Shown piece by piece: positions 8,060 through 15,403 of a DNA stretch of 64,000 nt. The notes under the pieces are model-generated. The model made no database searches. It was given only the letters and a program-made list of their open reading frames with translations, and was not told where the DNA came from. A program made the position numbers and the translations under genes. Origin of the DNA: a virus (lineage: Duplodnaviria > Caudoviricetes); the IMG/VR virus record IMGVR_UViG_3300036803_000035, positions 793-64,792 of that record. One strand, 5' to 3'. Each line of letters begins with the position of its first letter. Within the stretch, counting starts at the first letter, position 1.

Positions 8060-8301
8060 CGCGATCTCCTCGGCAAGCGATCGTCGCGAATGACGGTGCG
8101 CAACACGGCGAGGCTTTCTTTCGCGTATTGCGCCGGCGAGGCGTCGAGCACCGCCCAAATCTTCGGCAGCTGTTCACTCAACCGCAGCCATGCGAGCGCG
8201 GCTGCAATCTCAGTGGCGCGCCCGTTTTCGCGTTGATAGTGAAGTTCCTCCGCTGCGACTTCGCATAGCCGTCGCGGGCTTATCCTGTTGCGCTTGGTCA
8301 T
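8056..8301 (-). CDS. Hypothetical protein
   Basis: GGAGATCACC RBS. Confidence 0.65.
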   Translation of the reverse strand: MTKRNRISPRRLCEVAAEELHYQRENGRATEIAAALAWLRLSEQLPKIWAVLDASPAQYAKESLAVLRTVIRDDRLPRRSR

Positions 8302-8501
8302 GGTGATCTCCGTTTCATCTTCGAGGGTCCGCCGGTAAGCGGGACGTCATGCGGCACGGCGCGACAGAGCGCCCCGTAATCGACGAGCATCGCCTCGACG
8401 GCGGCGAGCTCGACGGTGATCATCTTCGTCCCGCGTCGAGTGCGGGCGCATTGCTGGGTCACGTGATCCAGCTGCGCATCGGTGAGGGTCAATTCGATCA
8501 T
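8298..8501 (-). CDS. Hypothetical protein
   Basis: Overlap-coupled to both neighbours. Confidence 0.6.
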   Translation of the reverse strand: MIELTLTDAQLDHVTQQCARTRRGTKMITVELAAVEAMLVDYGALCRAVPHDVPLTGGPSKMKRRSP

Positions 8502-8689
8502 TCGCTCTCTCCGAGCGCGCGGCGCGCGGCGCTGTAGGCGCGTCGCATGGAGATCGGAATGTGATCGACGCTCGCGACCTTGTTGCAGAGATCGGCATAG
8601 GCTGAGACGAAGTCGCGCAACGCGCCCTCCATCGCCACGCGGCGTCGCTTGATCGCTTGCGCAATGTCGTTTGTTGTCGGGTCTGTCAT
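8498..8689 (-). CDS. Hypothetical protein
   Basis: AGGAGATCACCC RBS. Confidence 0.65.
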   Translation of the reverse strand: MTDPTTNDIAQAIKRRRVAMEGALRDFVSAYADLCNKVASVDHIPISMRRAYSAARRALGESE

Positions 8690-8737
8690 GGGTGATCTCC
8701 TGAGAGGGATGCGAGCGCCGAAGCGCCCGCCCCGTTG

Positions 8738-8911
8738 CTACGGCACGATCTCGATTACGACATAGCTTTTCGGCTTGTCGCCGCCGAACACGGCGCCTTG
8801 CATGTTGTCGAGGGCGCCGTCGAGCTCGGCGTTGGGGACGTTGCCCGCCATGTCGCGCACCTGTTCGACGGTGAGCGTGACCAATTCCAGATCGTCATCG
8901 TTGATGTTCAT
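8738..8911 (-). CDS. Small hypothetical protein (57 aa; below the ORF-track cutoff)
   Basis: AGGAGATCACGCG-ATG; translates as MNINDDDLELVTLTVEQVRDMAG...YVVIEIVP. Confidence 0.6.
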   Translation of the reverse strand: MNINDDDLELVTLTVEQVRDMAGNVPNAELDGALDNMQGAVFGGDKPKSYVVIEIVP

Positions 8912-8935
8912 CGCGTGATCTCCTAGCCGACGGGT

Positions 8936-9157
8936 TTAGAAGCGAGCGCGGATCGATGTCGGCATTCTCGACACCGCGCCCTTGAACTCGTCGAGCATCC
9001 GTCGCCAGCCGGGTGACGGGTTTCTGAGCGCGATCGTCAGATGCGCGATCGGCCCATCCTTTTCGGCAAGCAACACGACCAATGCGCGAACGGCTTCATC
9101 CAGCCGAGCAATCGACTCGATCAGCCGCTCGGTGCGTTCGATTTCGGCTTGGGTCAT
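8936..9157 (-). CDS. Hypothetical protein
   Basis: AGGAGATCACC RBS. Confidence 0.6.
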   Translation of the reverse strand: MTQAEIERTERLIESIARLDEAVRALVVLLAEKDGPIAHLTIALRNPSPGWRRMLDEFKGAVSRMPTSIRARF

Positions 9158-9405
9158 GGTGATCTCCTCGCGTTGGTGTTACCGATCGGGGCGCCCGGCT
9201 TTGCGGGCGCCAATCGCCAGCGATAGCGGCGGCAGATGTTGCGAATGTTGTCCGCCGAGCGCGGGTGCATCATCGTCGCGATCTCGCGCGCGGTGTAGCC
9301 AGCGCCCGCCATGATCTCGATCAGGTCGAGCTCGACGGGGCTATAGGGTCGATTGGGCGGGCGGTTCGTTTTGTGATATGCGCGCCCGCAGCGAGGGCAC
9401 GCCAT
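9154..9405 (-). CDS. Small HTH protein with N-terminal CPRC and C-terminal GAPIGNTNA motif
   Basis: YSPVELDLIEIMAGAGYTAREIA...RSADNIRN; TGATG overlap with the upstream gene. Confidence 0.55.
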   Translation of the reverse strand: MACPRCGRAYHKTNRPPNRPYSPVELDLIEIMAGAGYTAREIATMMHPRSADNIRNICRRYRWRLAPAKPGAPIGNTNARRSP

Positions 9406-9821
9406 CACTCGCCCTCCTTCGCCGGCTCGTTGATGTTCATGTGGATCGCTTCGGCCGCCAACGCGGCGGCGTCGTCGAGATCGGACCAATCGATGCTCGC
9501 GCCGTCTCGCGCGCCGCGCTGATACGCGATGCAGAGTAGACGACAGGCGCGGATCGCTTTCTCGTTGTTCGGCTGCGGCCAGAAGCCAAGTTGATCGTGC
9601 AGCGTCGGCGTCGCCAGCTTGATCAGCGCGTCGGCGATCGCCGGCGCAGCGGTCATCGGCAGCGGGATTTGACAGCTGTTCGATGATGCGCCACGCGAGT
9701 CGATCGGATAGAGGAGCAATTCGTCAGGGCGCGCCGCCATGATATGAAGTCCGGTCGTGTTCATGAAGCGATTGCGACCGAGACTGAGATTGCGGCAGCG
9801 CTTTCCGTAATCGATTTTCAT
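9405..9821 (-). CDS. Hypothetical protein
   Basis: GGAGATCACCCA RBS. Confidence 0.55.
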   Translation of the reverse strand: MKIDYGKRCRNLSLGRNRFMNTTGLHIMAARPDELLLYPIDSRGASSNSCQIPLPMTAAPAIADALIKLATPTLHDQLGFWPQPNNEKAIRACRLLCIAYQRGARDGASIDWSDLDDAAALAAEAIHMNINEPAKEGE

Positions 9822-9913
9822 TGGGTGATCTCCGTTCGTTGCCGGCGTTTCTGGCGCCGGGGTGCAAGGCGCACCGGATAGCCTCGCGCGATGTCGGGGC
9901 TATGCGCTGCGCC

Positions 9914-10282
9914 CTACTCGGGCGGCAGCAGTCGTAATCGGATCATGGCGATCTCGGTGCCCGGCGCGAGCTCGCCGTAGTGCGAAGCGAGATCGATCCC
10001 GTCGAGGATCGGGTCGCCGACGCGCGCGATCTCGAATGCTTCGACTTTCGCGAGGCGCGAGGGGTAGCGTTTCAGATTGTAGTTGTAGGCGAGGCGCGCG
10101 ATGCGCCCGACGTAAAACACCCCTTCGGTGAACGGCGCGCGATGTCGCCGATACTCGACAGTCTTTTCGCCGCTGATGAACCGCTGGTAGATCGGTTTCA
10201 GCACGACGATCATCGGCGCTTTCAAATTTATGGGGAGCATGGCATTATCCAGTTGGGTCCCGCTGCGGCGGGACTTTCGCAT
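9914..10282 (-). CDS. ASCH (PUA-like) domain protein
   Basis: LKPIYQRFISGEKTVEYR matches the ASCH G.KT.E.R motif. Confidence 0.7.
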   Translation of the reverse strand: MRKSRRSGTQLDNAMLPINLKAPMIVVLKPIYQRFISGEKTVEYRRHRAPFTEGVFYVGRIARLAYNYNLKRYPSRLAKVEAFEIARVGDPILDGIDLASHYGELAPGTEIAMIRLRLLPPE

Positions 10283-10340
10283 GGATTGATCTCCGAATGC
10301 GAGGCGGGGCGGGCGTTTCTGGCGCCCGCCCTTTTCGCGT

Positions 10341-11501
10341 TCAATCGATCAGGCGGATGACTTCGCCCCACGGCGCGTTGACGCCGGCGGTCGAGCACCA
10401 CAGGACGGGGTATGGCGGCTCGGGTCCGAAGTCTTGGCAGTCGAGATCGGTAAAGTAGATCGCGCAAATCGGCTCGATGCCCGCTTCGGCGATCGCCTCG
10501 AATGCCGGGCGGAACTTCGTGCCGCCGCGACCCTTCATCGTCTTGCCGACAATCGGACCATCTTCTGGCGTGAACACGGCGTGATGATGGACTTTGGTGT
10601 CGCACTCGAAATAATCGACCGCTTCGGGCTGGACATCCTCGATCACGCTGTTGAACTCGCCGAGGCTTTCTTCGAGCGCTTTCCTCTCCATGCTGGCTGA
10701 CGTGTCGGTGATCCACGCGATGCGCCCGACCTTCTCGCTGTAGAGCGACGGCAGGAAAATGTTCTGCGAGACGAAGCGGCGGTTCGGTCGCGTCCAATCG
10801 TAATCCTCATGGGCGCGCTCGCGGACGAAGCGCTTCAATGCCTCGCGCCAATCGACGCGCGACTTTTTCATCGCGTCCACGACTTCCTCTAATTCGCCGG
10901 AGAGATCGCCGGAGCGCTTGGCGACGGACGCGGCTTGCATCGTCGCAATCGCCCAATCGCGCGCCAGCTGTTGCTGCTGATCTGGCGACATGGGTTGCTT
11001 CTTCTGCGGGTCTTTCGGATCGCCGGGCTGGCTGAACACGCCGCAGCCGCCGACATTGCCCGACTTGCCGCCGCCGCCGCCTTTCGGTTTCGGCGGCAGC
11101 TTCGCATAGACTTCCTCGGCTGACATGCCGGCATACTGCGGATCGAGCAGCGCGCCGTCGGGCAACGTGACGCCGGCATCCTCGAGGATTTTGTTGATCA
11201 CGTAATCGCAAGCCTCGTTGAAGCGCTCATGCTCGCGATTGCCGAGCCGCATCGGATGACCGGCGGCGCAGTGCATCGTCTCGTGGGCGACGAGGCCGAC
11301 GCGCTGATCATGCGTCATGTTGCGGACGAAGTCGGGGTTATAGCGCATCGTGATGCCGTCCACGTCGGCGGTTTCGACACTCGGCGTTGGCACCATTTTG
11401 AGTCGCAGCGCGAGCGTTCCGAAGAACACGAATGCCGGGTTGAGGATCAGCGAAGTGCGCGCCTTGATCATGAGGCGCTCGACGTCGGAATAATCGGTCA
11501 T
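10341..11501 (-). CDS. DUF2201-type protein: HExxH metallopeptidase-like domain plus C-terminal vWA domain
   Basis: TADVDGITMRYNPDF...LVAHETMH...NEACDYVIN; ITDTSASM (MIDAS-like), GRGGTKFRP, IYFTDL. RBS-supported start at 11501. Confidence 0.85.
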   Translation of the reverse strand: MTDYSDVERLMIKARTSLILNPAFVFFGTLALRLKMVPTPSVETADVDGITMRYNPDFVRNMTHDQRVGLVAHETMHCAAGHPMRLGNREHERFNEACDYVINKILEDAGVTLPDGALLDPQYAGMSAEEVYAKLPPKPKGGGGGKSGNVGGCGVFSQPGDPKDPQKKQPMSPDQQQQLARDWAIATMQAASVAKRSGDLSGELEEVVDAMKKSRVDWREALKRFVRERAHEDYDWTRPNRRFVSQNIFLPSLYSEKVGRIAWITDTSASMERKALEESLGEFNSVIEDVQPEAVDYFECDTKVHHHAVFTPEDGPIVGKTMKGRGGTKFRPAFEAIAEAGIEPICAIYFTDLDCQDFGPEPPYPVLWCSTAGVNAPWGEVIRLID

Positions 11502-11526
11502 GGGGTTGATCTCCTGTTGAACGGGT

Positions 11527-12399
11527 TCACGCCATAAAGTCGGAGACGTCTTTGAGGATCGCCTCGGCTTTCTTGGCGACAGCGCGGCGCTTTTTCGCAT
11601 CGTCGCGCAATTCGGGCGCGCTCACTTCGAGCAATTCCTCGGAGAGGCGTTGGCGTATCACTTCGAGGCTGTTGCTGTTGGTGACATTGAGCGCGGGCAG
11701 TATGTCGACCAATTCGCGGATGTTCTCGACAAGCGAGTCGCGAAAGGTGTTCTGCACCTTGCCGTCATCGTCCACGTGATAGGCTTTCAATCGCTCGGTC
11801 ATGTGGCCGACGTGTTTCGCGATCCGCTCCCACACGTCGCGAACGCAACCCTGCGCCGCTTCGCCGAGCCGCGCTTCAAGCTGTTCGCGGACGCGCTTTT
11901 CTTCCATGTCGCCGAGGGCGATGCGGAAGTCCTCCGCCTCGGGCAGCGGCATGACATCGATCGCATAGGCGAACTTGCGCTGCATGTCGCTGATCGATGG
12001 GTAGTCGCTCGCTTTGAACATCGTGCCGAGCGCTTTTTTGGCTTCGGTGATGACGTCGGGATATTCGGTCAGGAATTGCGCGACGGCGGTATCGAACTGC
12101 GCCTTGAACGCATTCTGCCGCTGCATGTAATCGAAGTAGGACGCGGCGGGCAGGATGCGCGCGCCATTGTCGAGCCACGGCAGCGTGTTTTCGTAGTGGT
12201 GATACCGCGCGCCCTTCCCGAGCTCCCGCAGCTTGTCGAGCCGCTCGGCAGCGACCAGCCGTTTATTGAAGCGACCGGCGCCGTCATGGGCGCCGGCATC
12301 GCGGATCACTTTCTCGGTGATCGCGCGATCGGTGATCGATGCTTGCCAGCGCGAAATGCGGACTGAGACGAGCATCGCCTTTTCGGTAAGTGTCGTCAT
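11527..12399 (-). CDS. DUF3150-like protein
   Basis: MTTLTEKAMLVSVRISRW...TLPWLDNGARILP...DYPS; lies between the AAA and vWA genes; AGGAGATCACC RBS. Family label is from memory. Confidence 0.55.
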   Translation of the reverse strand: MTTLTEKAMLVSVRISRWQASITDRAITEKVIRDAGAHDGAGRFNKRLVAAERLDKLRELGKGARYHHYENTLPWLDNGARILPAASYFDYMQRQNAFKAQFDTAVAQFLTEYPDVITEAKKALGTMFKASDYPSISDMQRKFAYAIDVMPLPEAEDFRIALGDMEEKRVREQLEARLGEAAQGCVRDVWERIAKHVGHMTERLKAYHVDDDGKVQNTFRDSLVENIRELVDILPALNVTNSNSLEVIRQRLSEELLEVSAPELRDDAKKRRAVAKKAEAILKDVSDFMA

Positions 12400-12425
12400 G
12401 GTGATCTCCTCAATGTGCGGGCGGC

Positions 12426-13427
12426 TCAGCCCATGATGTCGGAATTTTCGCTCGCGTATTTGATGAAGGCTTTGGTGTGCTCCACTTCGGGGCGCAGCCG
12501 CGCGCTGTCTTTGATGCAGTAGACGCCCCATTCCTTCGGCATCCGATCGACATAGCGCACGACGCGGTCGAAGTTGGTTTCGGTGGCCTTGCGCGCGAGT
12601 CCCGTTGCGATCGCGAGGCACGGCCCCGGATCGGTCGGCACTTTCGCTTTGTCGGGGTTGAGCAAGATGCCGTCGAGCGATGGCAGCTGGCGGTAGATTT
12701 GCAGGAAGCCGGCGAGCTCGCCCGCCGGTCCGCTGCCCACTGCACCTTCGAGCATCGGCAATTCGATCGTCGGCTTGATACCCTTCGCGAGGATCTGGCT
12801 GACAAACTGCCACGAGCGCGGCGACGGGTAGGACTTCTCGGTCGATTGGCGATCGTAGGCGTGCAACAGGTGCGGTCGAAAACGGATGAACGCGACCAAT
12901 TCGGGCGCGATGTCGTGATCGAGCGCCCACGTGCACCAATCGTTCACGTCAGGGACGAAGGTCGCGTGGAGGAAGCGGTTCGCTTGCGCTTCGGTCATCC
13001 GCGTGACGCCGCGATAGCTGTCGGGGTTGCCGGCGGCGATCATCGCGACTTTCGGCGGCAGCACATAATCGCCGGTGCGGCGATCCAGTGTCAGCTGCAA
13101 CAGCGAGTTTTGCACGAGCGTCGCGCCGCGATTGATCTCGTCGAAGAAGATCACGACATCATCATTCGGATCGCTCGGCAGCCAATCGGGTGCCGCCCAA
13201 TGCGAGCGACCGTCGCCGTTGATATGCGGCAGACCCCGAATGTCGGTCGCGTCAAGCTGCGCCGATCGGATGTCGATAAGTCGCCGCTTCAACTTCGAAC
13301 AGGCTTGGGCGACAAGCTGCGACTTGCCGACACCAGCCTCGCCCTCGATGTAAAGCGGGCGCTGCAATTCGATGCAGAGAATGATCACGTCGAGAAGGTC
13401 GGAAGGTTTCATCATTGCTACGGGCAT
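12426..13427 (-). CDS. MoxR-like AAA+ ATPase
   Basis: Walker A GEAGVGKS, Walker B IFFDEINR, IAAGN, ANRFLH, PSPRSW. Confidence 0.9.
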   Translation of the reverse strand: MPVAMMKPSDLLDVIILCIELQRPLYIEGEAGVGKSQLVAQACSKLKRRLIDIRSAQLDATDIRGLPHINGDGRSHWAAPDWLPSDPNDDVVIFFDEINRGATLVQNSLLQLTLDRRTGDYVLPPKVAMIAAGNPDSYRGVTRMTEAQANRFLHATFVPDVNDWCTWALDHDIAPELVAFIRFRPHLLHAYDRQSTEKSYPSPRSWQFVSQILAKGIKPTIELPMLEGAVGSGPAGELAGFLQIYRQLPSLDGILLNPDKAKVPTDPGPCLAIATGLARKATETNFDRVVRYVDRMPKEWGVYCIKDSARLRPEVEHTKAFIKYASENSDIMG

Positions 13428-13440
13428 GGTTGATCTCCTG

Positions 13441-13707
13441 TTAGAGGGTGATGATCAGCACGTCGCGGCGGGATGCCATGACGTGATCGTGTAGACGGTC
13501 GCGGAGAATGTGGAGCGGGCAGTCGTATTGCTCGCTCCATATCTGCAACCAATTTGGCGTCGCTTGCACACCGCCGCGCTCCCACGCGGTGATGCACGTG
13601 CCGGCGCCTCTCTCGAAAAGCACGACGCGGAATGTCCCGCGATCGTGCCGCTTCTCCGTTATGCGCGCTTTCAACGCGCCGCTCGGATGTTCGATCGTGA
13701 TGGTCAT
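13441..13707 (-). CDS. Hypothetical protein
   Basis: ATGA-coupled start at 13707. Confidence 0.5.
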   Translation of the reverse strand: MTITIEHPSGALKARITEKRHDRGTFRVVLFERGAGTCITAWERGGVQATPNWLQIWSEQYDCPLHILRDRLHDHVMASRRDVLIITL

Positions 13708-13946
13708 CGGCACAATTCCTCGGGACCGAAGCGGCGAGGCGACATCTGCCCCCTTTCCCACACCGTGACGATGTACGGATCGGGCTTGCCGTTCGAACCG
13801 GCATCAAATTCGAACATGCCCTTGGTGCGAAGCGCCTCGACGATTTCGGCGACTTCATACTCGATGCTCTCGGCGAGCGCGGCGATGGTGCAGACATCGT
13901 CGCCAACTTGGACGCGCGTTCTGCCGGTGATGTTGTTGACTGTCAT
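13704..13946 (-). CDS. Hypothetical protein
   Basis: GGAGATCACC RBS. Confidence 0.6.
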   Translation of the reverse strand: MTVNNITGRTRVQVGDDVCTIAALAESIEYEVAEIVEALRTKGMFEFDAGSNGKPDPYIVTVWERGQMSPRRFGPEELCR

Positions 13947-13968
13947 GGTGATCTCCGTTGCTGAGGGG

Positions 13969-14139
13969 TTACTGGTCGCGACAGGCGACACAGGTCGCGG
14001 CGTCGCCGTCGCACTTCGGATTGCCGCAGTAGAACCGGCGGCACGGCGGGTTGCGATTTGCGGCTCGCGCGGCGAGGACTTCCTCAAGAGTGCGGAGCGG
14101 CAGTTTCAGGTACGGTGACACGTCATCATCTGGCGTCAT
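13969..14139 (-). CDS. Small Cys-rich protein (C...C...C......C..C)
   Basis: AGGAGATCGCCC RBS; MTPDDDVSPYLKLPLRTLEEV... Confidence 0.55.
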   Translation of the reverse strand: MTPDDDVSPYLKLPLRTLEEVLAARAANRNPPCRRFYCGNPKCDGDAATCVACRDQ

Positions 14140-14149
14140 GGGCGATCTC

Positions 14150-14290
14150 CTATCGGGCGTGGCTGATGCGGTTCGCGTATTGCTGAGCGGCGGCGATCTG
14201 CCCGAATGTTTCGAGCACGATCGGGCGGACTTGTTGCGCAACGAAGATGGCGAACACACCGGCGAAAGCGGTCAGGACTAAATACTTCAT
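14150..14290 (-). CDS. Small membrane or secreted protein, first gene of the leftward array
   Basis: GGAGATCACCC RBS; MKYLVLTAFAGVFAIFVAQQ. Confidence 0.55.
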   Translation of the reverse strand: MKYLVLTAFAGVFAIFVAQQVRPIVLETFGQIAAAQQYANRISHAR

Positions 14291-14468
14291 GGGTGATCTC
14301 CGTGGTTGCTGTGTGGGACAATTCCCAGCGCAGCGGTCAACGTCGCATTCGGGAGCGGCGCTGACCGCTACGCTGGCATCACGCGCGATGCCGCAATGCA
14401 GCGGCAACCGCGTGGCGTAGCGGTTTGCTTTTCTCGACGATCTGTTTTCTCTCGCTGGGGCTTCGATC

Positions 14469-14559
14469 GATCGCTACTCGTGCGGCGGTGCGCGGCTTGG
14501 CGATCTGCGATCAGCTACTCATGCGGCGAAGCGCGCTTCGCTGATCATCTACTCGGGCG
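14469..14559. repeat. Three imperfect direct repeats GATC(A)(G/T)CTACTC..GCG
   Basis: Copies at 14469, 14509 and 14543. Confidence 0.7.
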
Positions 14560-14748
14560 AGATTTTTCTCTGCGTCGCGACTTGACTCGGATTTCACACC
14601 GTTACTTCGGTCGGGCTCTATGAGCGCGGAAGCATTGCGGCTCTCGGCAGAGTGGCATTCGTCGAGGGCTCTTTTCTTAGCGTCGATCGCAGCTGGGTGG
14701 ATCGCTGGGTCGCTTGCGCGACTGTGAGACGCTCTTTTTCTTGCGCTC

Positions 14749-14777
14749 ATTATCTCTTATGGCGTCTCAGGGGTCAC
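14749..14777 (-). promoter_or_regulatory. Candidate sigma70 promoter for the leftward array
   Basis: Minus strand GTGACC-N17-GATAAT in an AT-richer divergent intergenic region. Confidence 0.45.
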
Positions 14778-14917
14778 CTGAAAAACGAGCGCGTTCAATA
14801 GGCGTTTTCCGCAGTTTCCCGCGGCTCCCAGGAAATCGCTTCGGTTTCGAACGATCGGGAGCGCTGGGAGGGGTTTTCGCGACCCCCCGCGCTGGTCGCG
14901 TGATCAGTCGAGGCAAC

Positions 14918-15403
14918 GTGTCGCGAGGTCGCAAACCGAAGCCGTCTTATCTGCGCATTGTCGGCGGCAATGCAGGACGTCGCCCGCTCAATACCCGCGA
15001 GCCGACGGCGCCGCTCAGCGTGCCCTCGCCGCCGTCGATCTTATACGGCGACGCGAAGTTGGAATGGCGGCGCGTGGCGCGCTCGCTCGCCGAGATGGGC
15101 GTCCTGTCATCGATCGATCGCGCGGCGCTCGCCGCCTACTGCCAAGCCTACGGGGTTTGGTTGCAGGCCGAGCGTCACATCAAAACGCTCGCCGACAGCG
15201 GCGACAAATACGGCGGGCTGCTGACCAAGACCACCAACGGCAACGTGATCCAGAACCCGCTCGTCGGCATCGCCAACAAGGCGCGCGCCGACATGGTCCG
15301 CTTCGCTGCCGAGTTTGGAATGACGCCGAGTGGTCGCAGCCGTGTCCAGATCGACCCGAACGCAAAGCAAAAGCAGGCGGACCCCGCCCGCAAGTATTTC
15401 TGA
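14918..15403 (+). CDS. terS: Terminase small subunit (P27 family)
   Basis: GRKPKP..LRIVGGNAGRRPLN...P.PP...EWRRV..L...GVL..IDRAALAAYC...NPLV...FGMTPSGRSR. Confidence 0.92.
   Translation: MSRGRKPKPSYLRIVGGNAGRRPLNTREPTAPLSVPSPPSILYGDAKLEWRRVARSLAEMGVLSSIDRAALAAYCQAYGVWLQAERHIKTLADSGDKYGGLLTKTTNGNVIQNPLVGIANKARADMVRFAAEFGMTPSGRSRVQIDPNAKQKQADPARKYF

Noticed and set aside
14469-14559. Mini-CRISPR interpretation of the three repeats
   Set aside because: Repeats are short (17-20 bp) and degenerate, the spacers are too short, and no cas genes are present.
14714-14917. N-terminal extension of terS given by the ORF track
   Set aside because: Homology-like sequence begins at GTG 14918 (SRGRKPKP) after a GAGG RBS; the upstream part is regulatory-looking DNA.
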